From an uncultured Acetatifactor sp. (GTDB lineage: Bacteria; Bacillota; Clostridia; Lachnospirales; Lachnospiraceae): a stretch of 64,000 nt of DNA. The position numbers and the translations under genes were made by a program. Position 1 is the first letter of the stretch, and every line of letters starts with the position of its first letter. Below are positions 1-8,470 of this stretch, in pieces. Below the pieces are notes generated by a model that saw only the letters and a list, made by a program, of their open reading frames with translations, had not been told where the DNA came from and did not search any database. The DNA is taken from assembly GCA_964604835.1 (NCBI GenBank), contig CAZSAJ010000001.1, positions 42,888 through 106,887 on the forward strand. Direction: 5' to 3'.

Positions 1-1863
1 CAAAAAAGCAAAGGCTTGAAGCAAAAGACTGTTCTTATGATTCTGACAGTGGTGGTATTGTTTTGTTCATCTTGGTTCAGTTATCTGTTCATTGCAGAGA
101 AAGCTTATGAAAGCTCATGGGATAGAAAGCGGCAGCTGGAGGCACAGGCCATTTACCGTGAGCAGTTGTTTAATGCCGAAGCATATGTAGAGCAATATAG
201 CGAAGAGCTGAGCGAAGCTTTGACCAAGCAGCTGCTTGAATTGTACGGACAGGCGGTTTCAATGGATGAGAAAAAAGTTGATGTCATTGAAAATCTGAAT
301 TGGGAAGAAGAACGGGACAATTATGCGGCACCAGACTCTGCCGCCAGAGACCATATGCAGACGGTTATCAATGCCATGGAGCAGGCGGCTGCCTACGGCG
401 CTACTCCGACTGTGAGAGCGCAGACAGCAGAAGTGCTTTCCCGCATACAGGACAATATACAAGATACAATGAATGCTTTTGAGGCACAAAGCGATAGGCT
501 GGAGGCGCGTCTAGCGGCGGCGGGTGTGACTGTGGAGAACGCAAGAAACAATCTAAATAGTGCGTCGGAAGATACTGACAGAGAACCATTGCAGCGGGCA
601 TATCAACGAGCCATTGAAAATTATGAGGCTAGGATAAATGAGCTCAATGATTTGGAGAAGGAACGGAGCGATTACCAGAACGCAGACAGACGTATATCAT
701 ATTATAAGGAGATATTGGGCATAGAAGAGGAAGGAGTGTCCACGTACTTTGTAGGTGCAAATTTGCGGGAGATTCAGGTAGAGCTGTATGCGTCCTCGCC
801 GGACGTGGATAAGATGCAGCAGCTGGCATTGGAAATATTTGAAAGACTCCAAAACGGGAGTGACTTGGAAACCGAACAACAAGGGAATATGAGTTATCAA
901 GATTTCTTAACCAAGATGAATAGCTTTGTGAGCAATCTGGAAAACTATCGGTCGCTAAAAGTGGCGAGAAAGAACTTGCAGACAAGGGCTGACAGATTGA
1001 CTGCCGGGATAAATGAGGACAAGAAAGAGAATTGGCCGGAGCAATATGAATATGAATATGAGGGATTGAAGGCTCAGATCAGCGGTTTGCCGGTATATAC
1101 ACTGAGCGGCGAAGATACCGGAAGCAGCGCCGCAGGAAATTTTGACCGGGGGAAATCTGTTAGGAAGCTAGATGAGGCAATCCAGCGATATTTGACAGTG
1201 CATAATAATGCGGAGAAGGGCATGATTTATTTATTCAGTCCATATAGGGCGCTTGCACTTTTTTCCCTTGCGTTAGCGTTTATGTTGGATATTGCAGCAT
1301 TTGTTACCGGCGTTATCATCCATCGGGTTGAAAGCTCTAAGGGGAAATCTGAGGAGGAAGAGGCAGTGGATTGGCTGTATATGGAAAACGAGAATGTGCA
1401 GGGCAGTATACCGGGCTTAAACGAATATCTGTTTTTGACGGGAGACTATATGAATGTTGATGGGGTGGTAACCTATAAAGTCATAAAGAATGGAGAGATA
1501 ACGGAATTGATTTATTCCCAAGCAGGATGTGCGTCTGGATTTTATCGGTGGAAAGAGCAGACGCTGTGGACACTTGGTGAGAGCAAACTATTATATAAGG
1601 GAGAAAAGGGCGGACCGCAGGATGGCATTTATGCGGACAGCGTATTGGACTATTATAATGGAGCACTGACTATAAAGAAAAAAGGCGAAACAGAGGGGGA
1701 ATTTGTAGGAAATGTCAGTCCATATATCCCGGTTTATGCTGTGGAAAATGATAGCTATGATGTTTTCCCGGCTCATAAAATCAGTGCTGCTAAAGGTAAA
1801 GAAATCGTAATTGCCTTAGATACAGAGGGAACACAGATTGTTGCAATTTATGTTATTTCGTGA
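1..1863 (+). CDS. Hypothetical membrane protein with long coiled-coil region (probably 5'-truncated by window edge)
   Basis: Frame is open from base 1; ORF track starts at TTG 16. Hydrophobic segments near the N-terminus (VLMILTVVVLFCSSWFSYLFIA) and ~aa 410-435 (ALALFSLALAFMLDIAAFVTGVII) flank an E/Q/A-rich helical region; the C-terminus is beta-rich. Confidence 0.8.
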   Translation, partial: QKSKGLKQKTVLMILTVVVLFCSSWFSYLFIAEKAYESSWDRKRQLEAQAIYREQLFNAEAYVEQYSEELSEALTKQLLELYGQAVSMDEKKVDVIENLNWEEERDNYAAPDSAARDHMQTVINAMEQAAAYGATPTVRAQTAEVLSRIQDNIQDTMNAFEAQSDRLEARLAAAGVTVENARNNLNSASEDTDREPLQRAYQRAIENYEARINELNDLEKERSDYQNADRRISYYKEILGIEEEGVSTYFVGANLREIQVELYASSPDVDKMQQLALEIFERLQNGSDLETEQQGNMSYQDFLTKMNSFVSNLENYRSLKVARKNLQTRADRLTAGINEDKKENWPEQYEYEYEGLKAQISGLPVYTLSGEDTGSSAAGNFDRGKSVRKLDEAIQRYLTVHNNAEKGMIYLFSPYRALALFSLALAFMLDIAAFVTGVIIHRVESSKGKSEEEEAVDWLYMENENVQGSIPGLNEYLFLTGDYMNVDGVVTYKVIKNGEITELIYSQAGCASGFYRWKEQTLWTLGESKLLYKGEKGGPQDGIYADSVLDYYNGALTIKKKGETEGEFVGNVSPYIPVYAVENDSYDVFPAHKISAAKGKEIVIALDTEGTQIVAIYVIS

Positions 1864-1880
1864 GATAGGAGGAACGATGA

Positions 1881-3323
1881 ATGGGTAATTTCAAAGAAGT
1901 GTTTTTAGGGCAGGCCGATTCAGAAAAGGAAGCGGAAAGAAATCCAAAGATGTTTGTGGATTCATTCTTTGATCCTGACAATAATATAGATAAGCTGTTA
2001 AACGGAGACCAGTATATTGTAAGTGGGAGAAAAGGGGACGGTAAGACGGCATACAGCGCGAGAATCAGTTTGCTGGAAGGAAAACAGGATATTTATACGG
2101 CGAAGAAGACATTAAATAATTTTAATAACATTACGTTCAATCAATTAAGCACTTATCAGACGCTGGGAGGCAATCCGTACATATCGTTTTGGAAGTGTAT
2201 TCTCATGATTGAAACAGTAAAGCTAATAAATGAAAAGCAGAATTCTGTTTCAAACGAAATCTTTAATGCTCTGGTGGAGGCATTACGTGTAAATGGTTTG
2301 CTGGAGACAGATGATATTGCAAGAACCGTAACAAAACTGGTTGAGACAAATACCTGTTTTAATTTAAAAAATTTTTTTGGAAGGGATAGTAAAAAAGCGC
2401 AGGAAACGGTATTGCAGGGAACGGAGGAAATTTATCTGGCAATCAGAAAATGTGTCAAAAATTTGTATTTTGGAAAATCGAAGCACTATCTTCTTGTAGA
2501 TGGATTGGACGATATTTTGAGTGTGGACAATTTTGAGCCCAAGGTACTCACCGGTTTGATTCGGGCGTGTGACGAGATTAATTCTTTTTTCAGAAAGGGA
2601 ACATTCTTTTTAAAGATTATTGTATTTATTCGAACGGATATTCTTTCTATTTGCAGGGATCCCAATATTACCAAAATTTTGCGGGACTCGAAAATTGAGC
2701 TTGATTGGAGGATAGAGGATATCAGCGAGGCTGCATCTTCCAGATTAATCCAGCTTGTGAAAAAACGATTTGACAATGCATGGGGAGAAGAGGTTGATTT
2801 TATGAGCGTCTGGAATCAGACTTTTCAGCCGATTGTTGATTCCAAGTCCTCGTTGGAGTATGTATTGGATAACATTATCTATCGTCCGAGAGACATTTTG
2901 CAATTAATGCTGGAGGCTCAGAAAGTATATAACAGCGGTTTCAGAATCAGTGAGAATATGTTACAAACGATTTTATATAACTATTCCAATGATTATTTTG
3001 TGAGTGCAATGCAGGATGAACTGACAGGATTTTTCCCTGATGCGGTTGTGACAATATTACCGACCGTATTGTCCCGAATAGGGCAGCAGTATTTTGACGT
3101 GGAAACCTTTAAGGAGGAGTGTGATAAACACAAAGAATTTATTGGTGTGGATTGCACAGAACTGTTAAAGAAAATGTTCAATGATGGGTACATTGGACAA
3201 CATCGTCCGAAAGAACTAAAGGATTACACGGTATTTAAGTACAGAAATCCTCGAGAGACTTTTATCGAGGATCATGAATGCATTGTTCATAGGGGACTGA
3301 TGCGCTCTTTAACGATTGCGTAG
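1881..3323 (+). CDS. P-loop ATPase, Sll1717/FunZ-like family
   Basis: Walker A GRKGDGKT, Walker B LLVDGLDD, FIRTDI and RPRDILQL motifs, N-terminal GQADSEKE; SD AGGAGG upstream. Confidence 0.75.
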   Translation: MGNFKEVFLGQADSEKEAERNPKMFVDSFFDPDNNIDKLLNGDQYIVSGRKGDGKTAYSARISLLEGKQDIYTAKKTLNNFNNITFNQLSTYQTLGGNPYISFWKCILMIETVKLINEKQNSVSNEIFNALVEALRVNGLLETDDIARTVTKLVETNTCFNLKNFFGRDSKKAQETVLQGTEEIYLAIRKCVKNLYFGKSKHYLLVDGLDDILSVDNFEPKVLTGLIRACDEINSFFRKGTFFLKIIVFIRTDILSICRDPNITKILRDSKIELDWRIEDISEAASSRLIQLVKKRFDNAWGEEVDFMSVWNQTFQPIVDSKSSLEYVLDNIIYRPRDILQLMLEAQKVYNSGFRISENMLQTILYNYSNDYFVSAMQDELTGFFPDAVVTILPTVLSRIGQQYFDVETFKEECDKHKEFIGVDCTELLKKMFNDGYIGQHRPKELKDYTVFKYRNPRETFIEDHECIVHRGLMRSLTIA

Positions 3324-3355
3324 AGCGCTTATGTTATCCTTAATGGTAAAACCAG

Positions 3356-3384
3356 TTGACGAGTTTCACCAAGTCCGGTATAAT
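3356..3384 (+). promoter_or_regulatory. Sigma-A-type promoter
   Basis: TTGACG-17bp-TATAAT. Confidence 0.6.
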
Positions 3385-3432
3385 TTTTAGTGTATTTTAA
3401 GTTACTCGTCATAATTTATTATACCATGAATG

Positions 3433-3458
3433 GCAGACTCTTTGGAGTCTGCTTTTCT
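3433..3458 (+). terminator. Intrinsic terminator
   Basis: GCAGACTC-tttg-GAGTCTGC followed by TTTTCT. Confidence 0.65.
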
Positions 3459-3476
3459 GTTTTTGGACACAAAAAT

Positions 3477-3523
3477 GGAGCCATTGCTCCAGTGGATTAT
3501 TTATCCACTTTTGCAACGGCCCC
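3477..3523. repeat. Degenerate palindromic element
   Basis: GGAGCCATTGC...AGTGGAT-tattt-ATCCACT...GCAACGGCCCC; a similar element lies at 33788-33834. Confidence 0.5.
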
Positions 3524-3527
3524 TGCT

Positions 3528-3716
3528 ATGCCATATCCTTGGAAGTTCTTTCGTCCGACTTCATATGAAATCTGTATTTTCCTCTACATATCAAAACGCA
3601 TAGAGTAAGGAAGGCTGGATGGAAGAGCTACCGGATATGTTCCGATAGTGTGTCAATTCATGCTTCCAATCATGTCATCCATGGCGGTATGGACAAATAT
3701 ATCATATGATTCTGAC
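3528..3716 (+). repeat. ~190-bp repeat, intact copy 1
   Basis: First part aligns by eye with 3832-3953 and second part with 5626-5696; mismatches are mostly transitions. Confidence 0.8.
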
Positions 3717-3758
3717 AATTTTCGAGATGGTATAAGAAGCCTATTTGAAATATTTTTC

Positions 3759-3787
3759 TTGCCAATCCCATACAGTCCTGCTATACT
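3759..3787 (+). promoter_or_regulatory. Sigma-A promoter with extended -10, upstream of rpn
   Basis: TTGCCA-17bp-TATACT with TG at 3779-3780. Confidence 0.55.
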
Positions 3788-3831
3788 TTCTTTAAAAGCA
3801 TATATTCTTTTGATTCATCCATGGCCGTGAC

Positions 3832-3953
3832 ATGCCATGTCTCTGGGAGTTCTCCCGTCTGACTTCAAACGAAATCTGTGCTTTTACCCACACATCAAAA
3901 TGCACGGGGGTCAAGGGAAGCCGGGGCGGGAACGCCGGGTTTTTCTGATATTT
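3832..3953 (+). repeat. ~190-bp repeat, copy 2 left half
   Basis: atgccatgtctctgggagttctcccgtctgacttcaaacgaaatctgtg... versus copy 1 atgccatatccttggaagttctttcgtccgacttcatatgaaatctgta... Confidence 0.8.
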
Positions 3954-3988
3954 CTTATAGAAATATTGCCCCCACAAAGGAGGGACTT

Positions 3989-5020
3989 ATGAAGAGAAAA
4001 CACAGGAAAACCCGCCCTGCGGCGGAGGCTGCACGCCCGAATCGCCGTTATAAGGACACCGTATTTCGGATGCTTTTCCGGGATCGGATGAGGCTGCTTG
4101 GACTTTACAATGCCGTCACGGGAAACGATTATCAGGATCCGGCGGCGCTGGAGATTGTCACGTTGGAGAGTGCCGTGTACCTTGGAGTCAAGAATGACAT
4201 CGCCCTGCTGATCGACTTTAATCTCTATCTGTTCGAGCATCAGTCCACCGTGAATCCTAACATGCCGCTGCGGTTTCTACAGTATGTGGCCGCGGAGTAC
4301 GGGAGACTCACGGCGGAGGAAAATCTCTATGGTGGCAGGCAGGTGCCTGTCCCGGCGCCCCATTTCATGGTGTTCTACAATGGGACGGCACCTTGTCCGG
4401 AGCGGATGTTATTGCGGCTTTCGGATGCTTATGCAGGTCATGGGAGGGCAGCAGAGAGCGACATGGGGTTGGATTCTGTAAGGGAAGCAAGGTTCAATCA
4501 GATACAAGAACCGGAACTGGAGCTTATCGTACAGGTACTCAACATTAATGCCGGATGCAATGAAGAGCTGAAATCTCAGTGTCAGACTCTGGGGGAATAT
4601 ATGCAGTATGTGGACAAGGTCAGATCATACGCCGGGTCACTGCCCATTGGCGAGGCGGTAGACCGGGCCGTGGACGAGTGCATTGATCAGGGGATACTGA
4701 GGGAATTTCTTCTGGTCAACAAGGCGGAGGTTAGATACATGAGCATATTTGAGTATGACGAGGAGGAGACCAGACGCGCCATGCGCAAGACCGAGTACGA
4801 GCGGGGAGTGGCGGATGGCAAGGCAGAGGGAAAAGCCGAGGGAAAAGCCGAGGGAAAAGCGGAATCGGTTCTACTTCTTCTGGAAGAACTTGGCACAGTC
4901 CCGGAGACGCTTCGGAAACGAATTCTGGACCAGTATGATCCGGCCGTTTTGAGGCAGTGGCTGAAGGCTGCCGCCGGAGCCGAGAGCATTGCTTCTTTTA
5001 CACGGCAGGCAGGGCTGTGA
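3989..5020 (+). CDS. Rpn family recombination-promoting nuclease / putative transposase (PD-(D/E)XK)
   Basis: YKDTVFRMLF, KNDIA..ID, EHQSTVNPNMPLRFLQY, VFYNG and C-terminal EGKAEGKAEGKAE repeats; SD AAGGAGG before ATG 3989. Confidence 0.85.
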   Translation: MKRKHRKTRPAAEAARPNRRYKDTVFRMLFRDRMRLLGLYNAVTGNDYQDPAALEIVTLESAVYLGVKNDIALLIDFNLYLFEHQSTVNPNMPLRFLQYVAAEYGRLTAEENLYGGRQVPVPAPHFMVFYNGTAPCPERMLLRLSDAYAGHGRAAESDMGLDSVREARFNQIQEPELELIVQVLNINAGCNEELKSQCQTLGEYMQYVDKVRSYAGSLPIGEAVDRAVDECIDQGILREFLLVNKAEVRYMSIFEYDEEETRRAMRKTEYERGVADGKAEGKAEGKAEGKAESVLLLLEELGTVPETLRKRILDQYDPAVLRQWLKAAAGAESIASFTRQAGL

Positions 5021-5160
5021 TTCCATAAATAAAATTTTTTTCTTTGCGTACCCGATTAAAGTGTATTTTATGCAAACCATATGTTACAATGAAGAAGACA
5101 TGTATTATATGATCGGCATATTGGATTCCGGTACAGATGAGAAAACAGGGAGATAACGCT

Positions 5161-5610
5161 ATGAATGTCGGGGAATTGTTGGCGGCTCTTCAGACTGCGG
5201 CAAGCGGGTTGACTGGAGAGGATGTCAGGGGCATAGGCGCCGCAAAGTTGGTGGAGGAGGCCATATCCGAATTGGATTGTGTCAAACCTCCTTTTTTCGT
5301 TCATGATAGCCAGCTCTGGTACGACACGGAAGACTTTGGGGAAATCGCGTTTGTCAAGTTTACTCCACAGTATGGCGAGGACAAGAGAACCTGTGACGGG
5401 CTTAGTTATCAGCTTAAGAAGGTGGAAGCGGAACTCACCAAGGCGCTTTCTCCGGATATGGAACTTGCGGGCTTGAACAGGGCGCTGCAATATGCCGCCG
5501 CATGGGAGCGGAGGCAGGAAGCCCGGATGAACATTGAACGTTTGGAACGGCAGCTTGCGGAAGAACGGGAAGTGGTTAAGCGGATGCAGGGGATTTTAGG
5601 GGAAGAATAG
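5161..5610 (+). CDS. Hypothetical protein
   Basis: ORF with SD GGGAG before ATG 5161 and a C-terminal coiled coil; no recognisable family. Confidence 0.65.
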   Translation: MNVGELLAALQTAASGLTGEDVRGIGAAKLVEEAISELDCVKPPFFVHDSQLWYDTEDFGEIAFVKFTPQYGEDKRTCDGLSYQLKKVEAELTKALSPDMELAGLNRALQYAAAWERRQEARMNIERLERQLAEEREVVKRMQGILGEE

Positions 5611-5625
5611 GGCAAGAGCTTGTAA

Positions 5626-5696
5626 ATATTTTGCAATTCATGCTTTCAATCATGCCGTCCACGGCGGTATGGACAAACAATTCCTAATATTCCGGC
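5626..5696 (+). repeat. ~190-bp repeat, copy 2 right half
   Basis: caattcatgctttcaatcatgccgtccacggcggtatggacaaa (5634-5677) versus caattcatgcttccaatcatgtcatccatggcggtatggacaaa (3654-3697). Confidence 0.85.
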
Positions 5697-5727
5697 GGGT
5701 CACTCCCGCCTAAGGCGGTGTACATCA

Positions 5728-7623
5728 TTGGATAAACATATCATATTAAAACAATATTTCGGATACGATACCTTCCGTCACGGGCAGGAACTTCTGACGG
5801 ACTGCATTTTGGCGGGCAGGGACGTGCTGGGCATCATGCCAACCGGCGCAGGGAAGTCCATCTGTTATCAGGTGCCGGCGCTGATGCTGCCCGGCATTAC
5901 GCTGGTCATCTCTCCGCTGATCTCCCTGATGAAGGATCAGGTGCAGGCGCTGAATCATGCGGGGGTTCATGCGGCCTATATCAACAGTTCCCTCACGGAG
6001 GGGCAGATTGCAAAGGCGCTGCGGCTGGCTGCCGAAGGGCGGTACAAGATCGTCTATGTGGCGCCGGAGCGCTTGGAGACGACTGCGTTTCTCCACTTTG
6101 CCCGGCATGTGGAGATCAGCATGGTGGCCGTGGATGAGGCGCACTGTATCTCCCAGTGGGGGCAGGACTTCCGGCCCAGTTATCTGAAAATCGTCCGTTT
6201 TGTGGAAGCGCTGCCCAAGCGTCCCGTTCTGAGCGCCTTTACGGCCACGGCCACGGAGGCGGTGAAGGAGGACATTATCTGTGTGCTGGGGCTTAGGGAT
6301 CCGGAAGTGCTTGTCACGGGATTTGACAGGAAAAATCTCTATTTCGGGGTGGAGACGCCGAAGCGCAAGGATGATTTTGTGGTGGATTTTGTGAGGGAGC
6401 ATGCCGGAGAGAGCGGCATCGTTTACTGTGCCACCCGCAAGAATGTGGAGCAGGTGCATGATCTGCTGTGTCGTGCCGGGCTGCCTGCGGCCAGATATCA
6501 CGCGGGTCTGACCGCGGAGGAGCGCAGGGGTGGTCAGGATGATTTTATCTATGATGTGAAGCCCATTATGGTGGCCACCAACGCCTTCGGCATGGGCATC
6601 GACAAATCCAATGTTCGCTATGTGATTCATTACAATATGCCGCAGAGCATGGAGAACTATTATCAGGAGGCTGGGCGCGCCGGGAGAGACGGGGAGCCTG
6701 CAGAGTGTATTCTGCTGTATTCGCCGCAGGATGTGATGGTGAATCGTTTTCTGATCGAGAATAAGGAGCAGAATACGGAGGAGGAACTGCAGGCGATCAG
6801 GGAGCGGGACGAAGAGCGGCTGCGGGTCATGAATACATACTGTGTCACAACGGATTGTCTGCGGAATTATTTCCTGAAGTATTTCGGGGAAAGTGTGGAT
6901 GGTGACTGCGGTAACTGTTCCAATTGTGAGCGGGAATACACGCAGGAGGATCTGTCCCGGGAAGCAGCGGCGGTGGTCGCTTGTGTGAGGGAACAGGGAG
7001 GCCGGTATGGTCTGAATGTGGTGATCGGGACATTGCTCGGCAAAGATACTGCCAAGCTGAGGGAGTATGATGTAAAGGAGCTTGCCTCTTTCGGGGCTTT
7101 GCGCGCCATGCGGGAGGAAGAACTTCGAAGGCTCATCCGGAAGCTTTTGCAGGAGGGTGTACTGCGGCAGACCATGGATAAATATGCGCTGTTAAAGCTG
7201 ACGCCTCTTGCGGCGGAGGTGTCAAACGGACAGAGACAGATTCTGGTAAAAACACCATCCCGTCCCGAGCCGGCCGCATCAGGACAAGGGCGGTCAGGAG
7301 CCGATCTGATAAAGACTTATGGGGACTCCGGCAGGGGAAAGCGAAGCCGCCGATCCGATATTTTGAATTCCAAGGGGCTTGACTGTTTTGAAGCGCTGCG
7401 TGCGTTGAGAAAAGAAATTGCCGGAGAGGAGCATGTGCCGCCCTACATTGTCTTCTCGGACAAAACGCTGGTGGATATGTGCGTCAGACTTCCTTTTAAT
7501 AAGGAGGAGATGCTTCAGGTATCCGGCGTGGGACAGCACAAGTATGAGAAATACGGGGTGCGTTTTGTGGAGCGGATCAGGGATTTCACCGGAGGGGTCA
7601 AGGAGAAATACTATTTTGGCTGA
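5728..7623 (+). CDS. recQ: DNA helicase RecQ
   Basis: MPTGAGKSICYQ, VDEAHCISQWGQDFRP, ATNAFGMGIDK, QEAGRAGRDG, Zn-binding CGNCSNC, RQC and HRDC (VPPYIVFSDKTL). Confidence 0.96.
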   Translation: MDKHIILKQYFGYDTFRHGQELLTDCILAGRDVLGIMPTGAGKSICYQVPALMLPGITLVISPLISLMKDQVQALNHAGVHAAYINSSLTEGQIAKALRLAAEGRYKIVYVAPERLETTAFLHFARHVEISMVAVDEAHCISQWGQDFRPSYLKIVRFVEALPKRPVLSAFTATATEAVKEDIICVLGLRDPEVLVTGFDRKNLYFGVETPKRKDDFVVDFVREHAGESGIVYCATRKNVEQVHDLLCRAGLPAARYHAGLTAEERRGGQDDFIYDVKPIMVATNAFGMGIDKSNVRYVIHYNMPQSMENYYQEAGRAGRDGEPAECILLYSPQDVMVNRFLIENKEQNTEEELQAIRERDEERLRVMNTYCVTTDCLRNYFLKYFGESVDGDCGNCSNCEREYTQEDLSREAAAVVACVREQGGRYGLNVVIGTLLGKDTAKLREYDVKELASFGALRAMREEELRRLIRKLLQEGVLRQTMDKYALLKLTPLAAEVSNGQRQILVKTPSRPEPAASGQGRSGADLIKTYGDSGRGKRSRRSDILNSKGLDCFEALRALRKEIAGEEHVPPYIVFSDKTLVDMCVRLPFNKEEMLQVSGVGQHKYEKYGVRFVERIRDFTGGVKEKYYFG

Positions 7624-7708
7624 TATCGTGATAGTGTGATATCGGACAGTGCCCGTGCGGTCGAATATAGAGTAAAGTTTTGCGGCGTCCATGCAGCCGA
7701 AAAAAGTG

Positions 7709-7737
7709 TTGACAAGCTTAAGATTTAGGTCTATACT
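7709..7737 (+). promoter_or_regulatory. Sigma-A promoter of rimP operon
   Basis: TTGACA-17bp-TATACT. Confidence 0.75.
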
Positions 7738-7761
7738 TCTTATAGCATAATGATAGACGAT

Positions 7762-7790
7762 AAGAGTGGACATGCGCCACTCTTTCTTCT
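7762..7790 (+). promoter_or_regulatory. rimP leader hairpin (attenuator-like)
   Basis: AAGAGTGG-acatgcg-CCACTCTT followed by a pyrimidine run; a GAGTGG/CCACTC hairpin is typical upstream of Firmicutes rimP. Confidence 0.55.
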
Positions 7791-7857
7791 TTGTCTGGCG
7801 AGGTCCGGCGAATCTGTCCGGATGTGGCCGGCACAGCCTGACCAAGGGAGGAGTGCA

Positions 7858-8322
7858 ATGTCAAAGCGAGAACAGTATGAGAGCCGCACGGAGGAGCTGC
7901 TCGTCCCCATAGCCGTCGCAAACGGTGTGGAGATTTACGATGTGGAGTATGTGAAAGAGGGCAGTGATTATTATCTGCGTGCGTATATTGATAAACCGGG
8001 CGGAGTGAACATCCTTGACTGCGAGCAGGTAAGTCGCGCATTGTCGGATGTGTTGGATCGGGAGGATTTCATACCGGATTCCTATATTCTGGAGGTGTCG
8101 AGTCCGGGGCTTGGCAGGACGCTGCGCAAGGATAAGCATCTTGCGAGGAGCATCGGAGAGAATGTGGAGGTCAAGCTGTTTAAACCTCTCGACAAGCGCA
8201 AGGAATTTGCGGGGGTCTTGGAGCGGTTTGACGGGGAGACGCTGACGATCCGTGAGGAAAACGCCGAGCGCACTTTCCAGCGGACGGATATCGCACTGAT
8301 CCGTCTGGCTTTCGAGCCGTGA
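7858..8322 (+). CDS. rimP: Ribosome maturation factor RimP
   Basis: DVEYVKEG, LRAYIDKPGGV..DCE.VSR, YILEVSSPGLGR; SD GGAGG before ATG 7858. Confidence 0.95.
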   Translation: MSKREQYESRTEELLVPIAVANGVEIYDVEYVKEGSDYYLRAYIDKPGGVNILDCEQVSRALSDVLDREDFIPDSYILEVSSPGLGRTLRKDKHLARSIGENVEVKLFKPLDKRKEFAGVLERFDGETLTIREENAERTFQRTDIALIRLAFEP

Positions 8323-8470
8323 GAACATCCGAAGAGGGAACGCTCTTGCCGCATATTCGAAGGGATACGGAGAGTGACAGCAAGGGATCGATTTAAAAAG
8401 AGAAAATTAAGAGAGAAATTAAAGAGAGACAGAGGCATAAAGAACAAGGCGTAAGCCGGAAACGGAGGAA

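Noticed and set aside
3355-3412. Hammerhead-like words (TGACGAG...GAAAC...GTC) on the minus strand
   Set aside because: The conserved C of CUGA is missing and stems II and III cannot be formed by eye.
3390-3830. Small ORFs 3390-3608 and 3648-3830
   Set aside because: No SD; they overlap a terminator and the non-coding repeat.
3528-5696. CRISPR array interpretation of the repeats
   Set aside because: Only two long degenerate copies, no regular spacers and no cas genes.
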